Below, one piece after another: positions 26,089 to 39,450 of a stretch of 64,000 nt of DNA (position 1 is its first letter; the number at the start of each line of letters is the position of its first letter). The position numbers and the translations under genes were made by a program. The notes beneath the pieces are model-generated. The model was not told the origin of the DNA. It saw nothing but the letters and a program-made list of their open reading frames with translations, and made no database searches. Source of the stretch: Octopus vulgaris (lineage: Eukaryota); assembly GCA_951406725.2 (NCBI GenBank), contig OX597815.1:175832001-175896000 (forward strand), written 5' to 3'.

Positions 26089-26267
26089 ATTTATGTGCAT
26101 GCATGTGTGTAATATACATATACATACATATAGATCAAAACAGTTGTGTTAACCTCATGAAGGGATGGTTACATTCAAGGAAATACTGGTTCAATACCTA
26201 TTATTTTTGAGGAATGAAATTCCTTAAAATAATAGGTATATCAATGAAGTGGGTGACCGGACATGCC

Positions 26268-26670
26268 TTCAGTCAGATCTATTGGCTGTCATCCAATGGG
26301 CGTAAAATAATAAAATACTGCTGAACGAGGACAAATTTGAATTAATCCACTTCGGAAAAGAGGATACCCTGAAACTCCCATACTCCCTTCCTTCAGGTGA
26401 AATTCTCATGGCATCCAACAACATCAGAGACTTGGGAGTAATTGTGGATAACAAAATAAGCTAGGCCGCTCTTATAAACAACGAAGTTGACATGGCCCGC
26501 AGAATGTGTTCTTGGATTCTCAGAACCTCCTAGATGAGAGATATCCACACCATTATCCCCCTCTTCTCTACATTTGTCCGACCCCACCTTGAATACTGTT
26601 GTCCACTGTGGTCTCCTCACACGAAGCAAAGTATCATGAAAATTGAAACACCTCAAAGGTCAATTACAAT
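26268..26670 (+). mobile_element. CR1/L2-group LINE ORF2 fragment (RT C-terminal part)
   Basis: Translation LLNEDKFELIHFG...IRDLGVIVD...LFSTFVRPHLEYCCPLWSPHTKQSIMKIETPQRSIT, with stop codons. Confidence 0.85.
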
Positions 26671-26720
26671 ATAACACACTCACTCACACACACCCACCCA
26701 TACCCACACACCCACACACG

Positions 26721-26789
<69 letters not shown>

Positions 26790-26801
26790 AAACAATGTCA
26801 T

Positions 26802-26935
26802 ATCACCTGAAGAAATGTATCCATGAAGATGATCTACCCGATGCCCACGGATACCACGGACTAAACTGTAAGAATCCCAGTAATACGGACTATGATCTTA
26901 AGAGACATATGACTTATGGAAACGCGCGTAGCGAT
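26802..26935 (+). ncRNA. Type I hammerhead-like motif with ~105-nt stem II insertion (Penelope pLTR-like)
   Basis: atcac-CTGAAGA...cttatg-GAAA-cgcgcg-TA-gcgat. Palindromic CGCGCG stem III, stem I with one mismatch. Lies ~450 bp from Penelope RT fragments. Confidence 0.5.
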
Positions 26936-27397
26936 GCATCAAATGTTTATAAATTCCATCCAAAAATTGTTGTTATTGTTACTATATTTCTCCTACATTA
27001 CACCGGCGCAGCTCGGTGCAATTCCCCCAAAACTGGTTCACTAGTGAGCATCATTAGACTGTGGCCGGCATAATCGAACAGAAGCTTTATATGAATATTC
27101 AAAACGTTTCCCGTAAATAAATTTTAAAGATATCGTTCCTTCAGTGTTCTGTAGTTTTTTAAACCAGAAAGACAAAAAAAAAAAAAAAAAAGGTTCTGAC
27201 GAAAGAAGCATTAATTTTTCAGGTCGTTCAATTTCTCTCAACAGATCAATAGACTACTTGAGTAAACCTATCAGTAACGAACCTATAATGACTACTGGAA
27301 ACATCTGTAAGCCAAATTTACTCCAATAACGGAAAATATATAATGACCATTTTTTAATACCTTGTGTTATATACGTTCATACATACATACATACATA

Positions 27398-27990
27398 CGA
27401 GTTCTTTTTATCCCTAATGTTTCTGAACCAGTGTAGTACTTTAAAAGAATTAGACCATAAACCTAGCTTAACTTCATTCCTAAGGGTGGGTATGTGCCTG
27501 TCCATGATTATTTTACTTAATTTTCCTAACTCCGACTTGGACGTGCGTATAAGCCTGACCGTGGGTTTGGTTGCAAAGTTGGGTTTGCGATCCTTTAATG
27601 TAATCCGTGGGGTCCTAGCTTTGTATGGTTCAGTTCTCTCATCTATACCAAGTTCGCACATAATCCGCTTGGTTGTCGTTTTTAATATCTAGTAATGTAT
27701 TCTCCGTTGTAATCCTATAGTCCTTTAAGATCTTTCTAATTAGGTTGTTGTAATTCTTATAATCCATGTGGTATACATTCTCTGTTTAATCCGAGTGCAC
27801 CAGTATGCCAGATTTGCTGTTAATCTCTTTGCGCATTTGGTATAATTTCCTGAGGTGCGGATTCCGTCTTAAGGAGTGTTTATGGAATTTAATGTTCCTA
27901 ACTAGGTTCCATATTTCTTCTTCAAACTCATTCAGATGCAGGTTGAAGAGTGGGTTTCCCCTGCTTCTAAATCCTATGGTCTAATTCTTT
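27398..27990 (-). mobile_element. Penelope-like element ORF fragment (region N-terminal to the RT core)
   Basis: Translation RITLKDRKPNFATKPTVRLIRTSKSELGKLSKIIMD...LWSNSFKVLHWFRNI matches the KDHK/RLINP/KSELG signature of PLE reverse transcriptases. Confidence 0.75.
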
Positions 27991-28007
27991 TGAAGTACGA
28001 CACTAGT

Positions 28008-28226
28008 TTAGGGACATTAAGTACAAAGAGAACACTAAGTTTATCCAGATAGACATCTCTGATTATTACGCCTCCATAAATCCCGAACTGCTAAATAAGG
28101 CAGTTATATTCACTAAGAAATATTCTAGATTGACTAGGGAAAACATAGATATTATGATTGAGGCTAGGAAAACGAGAATAGAGTATGATGGAAACCTTCG
28201 GACGCGAAAGGATAAACCGAATAACT

Positions 28227-28228
<2 letters not shown>
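28008..28228 (+). mobile_element. Penelope-like element RT fragment
   Basis: Translation FRDIKYKENTKFIQIDISDYYASINPELLNKAVIF...IDIMIEARKT resembles the PLE RT motif FxxFDIxxFYPSI. Confidence 0.7.
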
Positions 28229-28259
<31 letters not shown>

Positions 28260-28339
28260 TTATCTACCTGTCTGTCTATCTCTCAATCTATCTATCTATA
28301 CATATATACTGAAACATAAATAGAAATACACATGCACAA

Positions 28340-28371
<32 letters not shown>

Positions 28372-28376
<5 letters not shown>

Positions 28377-28870
28377 GAATAACTACCGTCTAAATTACGC
28401 AAAAATGAAAATAACACTGAAAGCTCATTTTAACAGAGCTATATTTACCAAAATAACATAAATATATTTTGAAATACTTTAAAGAGTAAGTTTATTCAAT
28501 AAAATCACCACTGGCTTCAACCACGGCCTCCAGCCGAGTACGGAATCTCTTGCAACTCTCCTGGACGGTGTCCATCTTTAAGTTGGTCAATGCTGCCATA
28601 ATCCTTGCCTTCAGTTCATCTTTGGTGTTACAAGGAGTTTTGTTGGTCTCTTGCTCAAATGCACCCCACACATAAATAATCAATGGGGTTGCAGTCTGGG
28701 GAGTTACGTGGCCAGATGTTAGGGGTGATGTGGTCGCAGAAATTGTCCGACAGCCATGATTGGGTTCTCCTGCTTGTGCAGCATGGGGCAGAGTCCTGTT
28801 GCCAGACATAGGGTCTTCCAACAGTCAAGCCCCTTGATCCAGAGCAGTGCTACCTCCTCCAGGCACTTAT
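28372..28870 (-). mobile_element. Tc1/mariner (maT/DD37D-like) transposase 3' remnant
   Basis: Minus strand reads [11 protein letters not shown]...WPRNSPDCNP, then YVWGAFEQETNKTPCNTKDELKARI...CKRFRTRLEAVVEASGDFIE*. Confidence 0.8.
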
Positions 28871-28885
28871 TATATATAATGGGCC

Positions 28886-28935
<50 letters not shown>

Positions 28936-29011
28936 CTCACACACACATACGTGTGTGTGTATGTTTGCACGCGTGCAAACACACATAGATTTGTACAAAT
29001 ACTACATGTAT

Positions 29012-29113
<102 letters not shown>

Positions 29114-29562
29114 GTATACAGGTGAGTTAAGTAAGAGGTTATAACAACCGTCTAAGAGCTATTTGTATCCAATGTATTAGGTGGTGTCTTACCTATATGT
29201 GATTATGACTATTAGTATTAATGCTCATAAATAGGTAAGGACGAGAACAAACCGAACCTGATATACATCTAAGGAAAAATAAAAGAGGGATATCATGTAA
29301 CATAAAGTGATATATCCTTACTTGCTCTTTTTCTCTTCCTTTTTCTTCTCTTTTTCTATATATTTCCGTTCTGATGGACTTCCTCTATTTAAGTTGGTAT
29401 AATTAATTACTTACAATAATAATTATTATTATAGTAATTATGCCTGACAATACCTGAATAGCGCCAACAGAAACAGCTGCTAAATGAGATTTTGTCTTTT
29501 TATATTCAATAAATGATAATTGGTGTTTATCAATTATGAATTTTATCTTGATCTTTTTTCGT

Positions 29563-29594
<32 letters not shown>

Positions 29595-30118
29595 TGTATG
29601 TATGTATGTATGTATGTATGTATGTATGTATATATATACGCATACAGGTATACATATGTATATGTATATATATATGCATATATAAATATATATACGTATG
29701 TATATATATATATATATATATATACATAGATACATACATACATATATATCCAGACATAGATATATACATTTGTATCTGTGTGTATGTGTGTGCGTGCGTG
29801 TACGTATGTGTGTGTATGTATATATGTCGCAGTTTTGTCTGTACTGTCTAGGTTATCGGTGCTGTTATGCCTCATCGGTCACGATGCGCTTCTAACTCAT
29901 ATCGCTTTCAAACTTGCTACGAAATTGTTCCACTAAACCGTCTTCACATACAAATCTATACCAACGTAAATACAAATATATTAACATGCATATATATATG
30001 CCTTGTGTGTATGTATGTATACACACACACATACACATACATACATACATGGTAGCTGCCCCCTCGTTATCGAGTATGGCCATTGCGCGAAGTTTAATCA
30101 ATTGTTATCGTGCAATGC

Positions 30119-30194
<76 letters not shown>

Positions 30195-30394
30195 GTGCGT
30201 GTGTATATGTGTGTGTGTATTATGGTTGAATTTAGTGGGGTGAGGTAGCACAATCGTTACGAGTTGAAAACTAGCGCCACTCTGATTCACTTATCTTCCT
30301 TGAAATTGCTGGTCCTGTGCCAAAATTTGAAAACAATATTTTGTATGAGTTTACAAGCATTTGTCTATTTATACATAGATATGCCTTTCGGTAG

Positions 30395-30434
<40 letters not shown>

Positions 30435-30489
30435 ACATACATACATACATATATTTATATACACACACTTATATATATATAAATACAAG

Positions 30490-30531
<42 letters not shown>

Positions 30532-30627
30532 ATTATGTATATATATGTATTTATATATATATATATTCATACACGTAAGTATATATATATATCCATACAC
30601 GTAAGTATATATATGTATATATATATA

Positions 30628-30772
30628 GTAAATCCCCAAAAGAAGAACAAACACAAAAACACAACAACGGGGGGACGTGGTGCATGTAAAGTATTAGTAG
30701 ACGCTCAGGGAGGGAAAGAAACATGATTTAACGTTTCTAGCAGACACACTTCTTCGGAATCAGAGGAAAGTC
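30628..30772 (-). mobile_element. Degenerate HHR-containing element (family C/A-like)
   Basis: Reverse complement has ctttcctctgatt-CCGAAGA...GAAA-cg-TT-aaatc...ctgagcgtctactaatactttacatgcaccacgtc, flanked by TA-rich repeats. Confidence 0.55.
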
Positions 30773-31089
30773 TGTATGTATATATATTTATAGGACTTGA
30801 GAAAGAGTGGTGGTGGAGAAGATGTGGTGCTTCCAAGTAAGCTTTCGAATAAATGAGTGAATGTAGCGAGAATGTCTCGAGTGAAAGGACCTACTTTACG
30901 CGTGCTGATCTCGGCAGAATACATGGAGGAAAGAGAAGCACTTGCTAAAGTATTCCTGGCTATCACGGTGACCCAGGATTTGTAGGTTTCATGTTTACAC
31001 CTGGGTGGTACTTCATCTTGATGGTAAATTTTGTTTGTCATTAATTTCTTGTCAGTTATTGTTTTAATTGTCTACACATGTTTCTTTCC

Positions 31090-31223
31090 ATTTCAAATTC
31101 CTCCGAGATCTATTGTGCCTTTCATCCTTTGAAGTTGATAAAATAAAGAATGAGTAGAGCACCGGGGTCAATGTGCTCGACTTAGCCTTCCCTTAAATTT
31201 GCTGGCCTTGTACCAAAATTAGA

Positions 31224-31226
<3 letters not shown>
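31090..31226 (+). mobile_element. SINE family 1 copy, degenerate
   Basis: ttcaaattcctccgagatc..tgcctttcatccttt ... gctggccttgtaccaaaattagaaa. Confidence 0.6.
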
Positions 31227-31265
<39 letters not shown>

Positions 31266-31266
<1 letters not shown>

Positions 31267-31607
31267 GAGTGAGTGAGAGAGCAGTTCAGGCCATCAAAGT
31301 GATACTGGGGTAAAATGTACGAAGCCCAGTATACCCATCATGACTATCCGTCTGATAAGGGTACATCAGGCACATGCATAACAACCGTATGTGCGCGACA
31401 TGGTGATTTCATATCAAGATAAACAGCACTTGACCTTGCAGGTGGGGCCCAGTTAGAATTTTCTTCTGGTCGAGTAGCCCATCCCGCTCATAAGGTCTCT
31501 GAACAAGGGTCGTTTAAGGATGTTGAATGAAACACCCATGTTTCCAGAGGTGAATTATTCAAACTCTAAAGAATCCCTCTCAACACATGGCTATGATGCT
31601 CCCCCAC

Positions 31608-31609
<2 letters not shown>
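31266..31609 (-). mobile_element. 5'-truncated copy of the 1959-2494 element
   Basis: Reverse complement matches ~2178-2494; (TTA)n on both sides. Confidence 0.8.
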
Positions 31610-31647
<38 letters not shown>

Positions 31648-31654
31648 CCTCACG

Positions 31655-32720
31655 ATTTCAACAGCATTGTGTGAGTTTTTACAGCGTCTTATTTGCACTT
31701 CGGCATTCCCAAATGTGCGTGAATCTTTATAAGTTGGGGGATGTAGAATTTAGTCTGTATAGTTTAACTGCTTTGTTTTGCTATTTGACCCGTTCTGTTA
31801 TTCCTGGTTTTAGTCTTTTGTCTTTCATACAGTATATGTACATTGTAAGTTATTTCGTTATGTGCTGTAGACGTCTTCCTGTGTTTGGTGCAAAGCATTC
31901 TAATGTCGGGCGGAGTGTGTGTTGAGTGTATGTGTGTTAATGGGGGAAGATTCAACTGTAACGAACTTGATTTCTATTGGATTGCTGTTGTTTCTATGTC
32001 AGGTATCGATTGCATGAAAATATCTTGCACTATTTTATTACGAGTTGGTTGTGTATCTGATGGAAATTGTATCGGATATGTGTTATATGTGGAGAGCAAA
32101 CAGTTTGAGTCGCACCGTTGAACATTGAAAGTGTGTTGTGTAGGATGTTGCGATGGGGCTAAAATGTTGACTTGGGTTCCCCAGATATAGTTTTTCCTAT
32201 TTTTGTATCCTATCTTGTTTTCACTTTCCTTTCATTTTCGAATCCTTAGTACACCGACCTTGTATATCTCCTCTTCCTTTTGGGCAATGTTTTATTCATT
32301 AGGGATCACAATGTCTTCCAAAGTGCAGACGTTTCCTTTTCAGTTCTTGGTAATCACGTTTGAATAGTTTACCGTGATAGTCTTGTCTCTCTAGACACGC
32401 ATATCCCGGATGTTTGAGACCTGGCTTGTTGGCGAGTACAATGTTTCATGTATATTTATATCATTTCTCATAAATTTCCAGATCAAAGTATCAGCATATT
32501 GCCTAGCAGACATTGCTGCCAACTCGATTATTTAAATAAACTTGGACTTTTGAAGGACTGGACAACCGGAAATTATTTGGTTAAACGTCGCATTGTTGTT
32601 CGTACTTGATGTTATATATTTTTTTTTCGTTATTTTCTTTTCGTAATTATTTGCGGCTTCCTGTGTAGATGAAACCAGATTTTGTATCTTTGTTTTAGCC
32701 CAGAGCTCCTGAGGCATTGT
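31655..32720 (-). mobile_element. Decayed R4/Dong-type RLE element fragment adjoining (TTA)n
   Basis: Minus-strand NQIISGCPVLQKSKFI (Zn-knuckle region HIISGCPVLA) is followed by frameshifted RLE-like sequence. Confidence 0.5.
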
Positions 32721-33275
32721 TCACATTCAGTTATTTCCTCCATATCAAGTCTTGCGTGGTATTGGTTTTCAAGTGGGTTTTTTTTTTTTGCGTTTTTTTC
32801 TTTAATATACTTGAAATTTCGTGTTGGTGCTTTTATTTTTGTAAAGCTTTTCTTTTGTTTTCTTTTTTGTTTTGTTCTTGGCTTTATCTAAATGCTTTCT
32901 TTAGTTACTTTATAGTAACTAAATTGTAAACGTTATTTGTTTACTTATCGAGGCTGCTAATCAGTTTCCGCTTACTTTATTGTAATTATTTCTATTGTTG
33001 GGTCATCGATATTTCGTAGCAGCTTTCTATTCCTCTCAGAGACAACCCTCTCCTTGTGGAAGGGATATATATTCTGCTTATCTCAACTTTCGAGTGGTGG
33101 TTTTCGAACTCTGTTAGTAATATTAGGACTTTTCCAACAAAGCTCTTTCATTCCAGTTTAATATACTAAATTATTATACCTTATTTTTAAGCCATCCATT
33201 GATGGTTTCATTCTGCAGATAAGGTAATGGAGTCAGAGCGAAGTAGAACGTGTGGCTCATTATCGTTATTTGTAA

Positions 33276-33751
33276 CGAGCAAAACGCCCCCCGTCCAATG
33301 GATGGTGCTGAATCATATCTACTGAATAAAAAGCAATCAGTGTTTTCTTTTCATTAAAAAATAATTAAGCATGCCTTTATTTCAATGAAATTTTTGGTTT
33401 TGTTAAACGAAGTTAAGGCAAAAAAAAAAATAAACTTCTTGAGAAACCAAATAGTCTTTCCTTCCTTCATGCCAAGTTTGAAGAAAATATCTCTTTTGCA
33501 TCTTACTTTTTTGGTTTCTTAAATATACTGCATTTTGTGGCATTATTTCAAGCCAGCCGGCTTTTTTGCGCAAACTGCATGTGCATTTTTCTCGATCGCA
33601 ATAGCTGATGTACTTGCGCGTACAAATGCACGTCCCCACGGCTTTATCGATCGCATTCTCACCTGGAATCGATTTTTGTATCTACATATCAAATTTGAGC
33701 GCAATCGGGTGGAGGATGCCCGAGATCCTAGCACGGATTTTATATAATAGA
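33276..33751 (-). mobile_element. Non-autonomous Helitron (degenerate 3' end)
   Basis: Minus strand begins A|TCTATTATATAAAATCCG. Subterminal hairpin ccatccattggacgg lies near a CTCG (CTAG-like) end. Confidence 0.5.
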
Positions 33752-36235
33752 TAAATTACTAATATTAGAATTAGAATCTAAAATTAGCGCTAACACAAAG
33801 GATATTTGTTCAGTGGTGCGTATCAGACAAAATGCCTTGCTACAAACTACCACATCCGTTTACGTTCTGAATTCTAGTCCATCTCAAGATGACTTCTATA
33901 AATTCGAGGTCGATAAATTGCCAGTCGCCTGTTAGAATCAATTAGAAGAATTCTTTATACTTCCCCTCCATTATGTGGCACTGTGTACATGTCAAATCAA
34001 CATTATATTATCTTCAAGCGCAGTCAAATTAGTATTTATGTTTATTACATTGTGGGTACAAATGGCGCCCAACTGGACTTCTTTCAAAAACTCACAGGTA
34101 GCTAAAACTCGTACTAATCATCTCAGGTGCATATTCAATCGACATTCATATTCCCTTCAAAATAAAAGTCAGTTTGTTGATGCAGGTAAGTATCATTATT
34201 AATTGCCTCGCATTATTGAAATACTTTGTTTGGATAAGTTATGGGAACAACAACTATTTTTTCTCATCGTTTTTCCCTTTGACTCTCATTAGGACTCTCA
34301 GAGAAGAAAACCATCTTCGAAGTTTATTTTTGTGCTGGAATGTGAATTAGCTGTTATAAGTGAAAACTGTGGAAAACTCTCAACCAAATATATATATCAC
34401 ATTATGTGATACTAAATTATTTCTGTCCTTCCCTCTTTCCTCCCCCTCTCTCTCTCCTTCTCTCTCTGTATGTACTAATGTATACACATACAGAAGTTAC
34501 AAAAATGTGACTTCGAGGGACCGCAAAGAAATTTACTGGGAAACAAAACAAAAAAAAAGAAAAGAAAGAATAAGATTCAACGGACACAAACTAGCTCCAT
34601 AATTGTTAAGTTATGTTTCTAGTTTGATAATAGAGTTTATTATAAGTAAAATTATTATATTATTTATATCTTAAAAATATTGTTTAAATATTTCTGATTA
34701 TTTTTTAGATATTTCAGTTAACCTGAAGATTGACTGTAACCATAACTCGAATTATTAATTGAATTTAAATTATTGTTATTCGAATTGTACAGCCATGAAA
34801 CGATCGTAGTGTTTTACTCTTTATCTTTTATTAAACTTTTAATACTTTTCATATATATTTAAAATAATATAAATTAAATTAATTTTATGTATTGGCTTAT
34901 GTTTTTCATTGTTTGATTTGCCTAATAGTGGTTTTATCTCTAATTTATTATAATATATATATATATATATATTTGCATTCATATATAACATATATGTGTA
35001 TGGTAGTCAATATATAAAGTTTCACTATAAGGGATCGTTTAAAATATGCACTTTAACTGGAAAAAGTGTCGGGGCGGGGAGATGATATATCCATAACTAT
35101 CGAAAGTTGGGCTGCACCATGTCTTCAGTCCGATGACTGGAACAAATAAAACCTCAATACCCCGCCCCCGGGCCACATACACAATACACACACTCCCACA
35201 CCCATTAATATGCATAAGAAAGCTGTAAACATCTTGACACGAGATGCAGTCTTTTTAAAATCGTTCTGGAATGCAACCATTCTTTAAGGACTTTCAAAAA
35301 AAGTATATACGAGCGTTCATTACTGATCAGTATCTTTACTGCTTGATCATATACCCGTTACCTACATGACCACCCACAGGCATAAATATCAAAGTCAATT
35401 ATGCAGTTAATAATGCTCAGTCATAAAAGCCCATAGAATTACATAAAGTAATAACGCGGAGTTAAACATGATGTTATTAAAACACGTAAAGTGCACAGAT
35501 GTCGCGGTGCACTTTCAATGCACTTTATTTCTGTAACATGATACCATTGAAAGAAAAACAGACTTTATTAGTGTTTGGAAAACATTTGTTTAACTTTGTG
35601 ACAGAACTGCAGATCAAACAATTTAGCAATATGGTCAATTGAACTCGGATACATACTGAATGTAATTGCTCGGAAATAAAATAAAAAAAAGAACTGAAAG
35701 CGTGGAGACGGGGAAAAGGAATCGTGGCAGTGGTTTAATAGCAAAGGATATTTTCAAACATTTTCGTACAGGAATAAAATCTATCTGTCAGGAAATAGCA
35801 AAAGCACGTAACAAAACCGAATATATTAAATAAAGTATTTAACTACGTGACAGCTGGCAAAAATGATTTGGACCTAGAATTGAAAAAGGAACTGCAGAAA
35901 ATGCACTTTGTTTCTGCTTGTTTAGTGTTAGCTAATAAAAAAAATACACGCCTGGGCATGTTTGGAGACTTCGTAGACTGGAAAGAATGCAAGCCTTGTG
36001 AAATATCAACACAACAAGATAGAACAGAAACGGTCTCTGATAAAGCTTTTATTACAGTGGAATATATCGATCCAAACCGGCAGCAAGATGGCTTCTTGAC
36101 AGGATAGAGTAGCAAACTATCACGAGGAAACAAAATGACTTTTCATCGGGTTATCAGTTCCGGTCGAGTTTAATGTGTTTGAAAAGAAAAGGAGAAATTA
36201 TCTGGAAACAGTGAGAACCAAAAAGAGTGGATCGA

Positions 36236-36295
<60 letters not shown>

Positions 36296-36410
36296 CTTCC
36301 TGAAGATTTCTCTTGAAGATTTCTCTTGAATGATATATATATATATATATACTATGCTATATATATACATACATATATATATACATACATATATACACAC
36401 GCGCACGCAC

Positions 36411-36443
<33 letters not shown>

Positions 36444-37019
36444 TGTATGTGTGTGATAGGTGGCTTGGAAATAATGAAAGAATACATAAAATACATAACA
36501 AAAACCCCCCAAAACTTGCATGACATGGTGAAAAAATCGCCAAGCAAAGCTCAAACGTTGGATAGAATACACTCAATAGAATAGAAGAAGAAAGCCTTGC
36601 AGGTACCCAAGGTGGACTGTGCTGGGTTTGAAAGCGGGTACTCGACTAAAGAAGAAACCTCGTCTAATACAAATTTTAATCCTAATAAAATAACAAAAAA
36701 AGAAAAAAATTCCGCAAAACAGAAAGACACTCTTTAATTTTCTTCAGTAATTTCTATTTTCTCCTTTAGTAATTACAATTACTGTTTATTTATTTTTCAG
36801 CTGACAAAGTGTTAATGAAATAAAGTGTCTTAAAAAACGGTTATTTTTGGAAGTCATTGTCTTTTTTTGTTTCACAGCTTGTTTGTTTGTGTGTGTGTGT
36901 GTGTGTGTATAATTTGACATCAAACTGCTTTTGATGATGTGTTTACTGAGGAAATTAATACAATAAAACAGTCTTTAGTTTTAAATGAAAGAAAAACACA
37001 CAATTGATAACAAATTTGT

Positions 37020-37480
37020 TGCAAATTTAGGCAGAAGGTAAGCAATTTTAGTGGGTATGTGGGTTAGACGATTACATTGAGCCCAGTTGTTGACTGGTAC
37101 AGTATTTTATCGGTCCCAAATGGAAAGCAAAATTGAAGTCGCTGACATTTGAACTCACTCCATAAACGATTGCAAGAAATGCTGTTATACATAGAGTCCC
37201 ATGCTTTAACGATTCCGCCAACCCGCCGTTTTAATAATATCTTTTCTTATTTTGACACAAGATCTAAAGTTTTGGGAGCCAAGGAATTGCCGACTATATA
37301 GACCCCACTACATGACCAGTTATATTATTTTATCAACCCGAAAGTAAGGAAGGCAAAGTTGCCCCCCCCAACCCACAGTACAATTTAAATTCGAAACGCA
37401 AAACCGGAAGAAATGCCGCTAAGCATTTTGCATTCCCCTCCACCCGGAGTGTTAATGATTCTGCCAGTTCGCCGCCTGAA
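37020..37480 (-). mobile_element. Two tandem degenerate SINE family 1 copies
   Basis: Two reverse-complement heads (aacgattccgcca at ~37210, atgattctgccagttcgccgcc at ~37460) with core remnants. Confidence 0.55.
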
Positions 37481-37699
37481 TATTAACAATGATAATGATC
37501 TAAATTTTGGCCCCAGGCCACCAATTTCGGGGGAAGGAGTTTGTCGATTTCTGGATGGAATTGTCTACCATGCTCATCTCTTTGTTTCTCTTCTTGCCTA
37601 CCTAAAGACCTGAATCAAGCTAAACCCAAACAATTTAACTTTCCTGACCATCCAACGTCCCCTCGGCATTCTTTTTATACAGCACGGATCTGCCTATTC

Positions 37700-39450
37700 T
37701 GGGGACGAGCTGTTGTTGTTGTTAAGCAAAAAGACGGGTAAGAGTGATTAGGTGATGGTCTAGGGCTTAGAGGCGGGAGACCCTAGACCTTGGAAAAAAA
37801 CTTTGGTCGTCTTGTTGTAGTCGAGGGCTCTTCGTTGACGCCCGACACCACTGGGAGGTGTCCGTCGAAGTCGCTGGAAATGGAAATCTCCAGGTCCAAA
37901 TTCTTGGACGGCTAGTCACGAGCTGAAGACCTTCCATTTTCTATCAAGCATTTGCTTCGGAGCGGTCAGCCGGCAGAATCGTTGGCACGCTGGGCAAAAT
38001 GCGCAGCGGCATTTCGTCCGTTTTTACTTTCGGAATTCAAATTCCGCCGACGGCGATTGTGCTTTGCATCCTTTTGGGGGTCCATAAAATCCCTACCAGT
38101 CAAGCACTAGGGTCGATGTAATCGATTTATCCGTCCCCTGAAATTACTGGCCTTTTACCAAAATTAGAAAATAATATTTGTTTCTATCCCCGCTTCATAC
38201 ATTAGAGCAGTGGCAATCCTCTTGAAGTGTTTGGTATCCGGCACTATAATATATTCACATCGTTCACATACGCTGACCTAACTCACTTGCAGTCATCCCA
38301 GTTCGTATGTGCTGCTCCTCGAAACCTCTAATCTCCACTTAGTGACACGAATGGCAGCAAGTACAGAAGAAGAGAAAGAGAGCAGCCTCCACGAAACTAA
38401 TCCATGCTAATGGAAGGTTCCGATGGATCGGCACTTACTCTGACTACCGGCTGAAGTTGATGTACATTGTAGTGATCCAGCTTCTGAAAGCGTGGCCCAG
38501 GCCAGCTGCCTTGATGACAGCCACCAAATATTGATGGCCAGTCCTATCGAAAGCTTTCGACCTATCTGTATTGCTCAGGGTTTTTATAACCTATACTTTC
38601 TGTGATGTATCTCGTGCGAGGAGGTTGTTGTGGAAAGAACTGTTTAGGATGGCACATACTTGCGCCGCACCGACAACAATATCTTGAACTCTGCATTTAG
38701 CACTGTAACGGGCCTAGAGTTGTTAAAAGTCATCCCGTTCTTTCTCAGCAGCAGCAGCATCACATCTTGTTTCACAAGACTGGGAATTCTCCTGTTCTGC
38801 TACCAGTGCCCTAAAAGATATCTACCAAGAGACCCTCGAGCGAGTTTAGCATATAAAATAAAGTCCCTAAGGCAAGCCATCGAGGGCAGATGGTTTCGCC
38901 TCTTATTACAACCAAGCCTTGATGACATCGGTCTTTCACAGAAGCCTCCACCACTATAAATATGCAAAAACCGTGGTAGGCCTTCGATATATCTGGTTAA
39001 TTCGCCCTGTCTCCGCCACATACATTTGAGTGAAGCGCCACTGAAAAGCCGCATGCATCTGCTTTGAATAGAATAGCATGCACCTCTCCTGATCATTGAC
39101 CAGCCTTTGTTCCCTCATGCCTTAGAATATATCTCCTAGTTCTCACAACAGGCAACCTTCGTGTTCCGCGTTGAAGAATTAATGAGGAACCAATCTCGCC
39201 GGCAGTATATCAATCACAATGGCTTTCCTAAGTGTCTCTTCAAGTTTCCCGACTAAATCGCCCTGTAGCTTAAACTTTTCCTTATTAAAATTTATCGACT
39301 CTGCTTTGATAGATTTTTTTAGGGATATCCACCATCGGTTATTGATTGTCCATGATCTTTCTAATAGTTGCAGCTGGAGTTTGAAGAAGGCTCTTAAGTT
39401 TACTACCCTTAATTTTACGCCGTTGCCAATGATTTTGCCGTGGCTATTGC
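37700..39450 (-). mobile_element. Tx1/L1-clade LINE ORF2 remnant interrupted by a SINE
   Basis: Minus-strand translations NNSRPVTVLNAEFKIL and DRSKAFDRTGHQYLVAVIKAAGLGHAFRSWITTMY (RT motifs); WW.SLKKSIK lies upstream. Confidence 0.75.
37965..38170 (+). mobile_element. SINE family 1 copy
   Basis: ggcagaatcgttggcacgc head and aattcaaattccgccga core. Confidence 0.7.
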
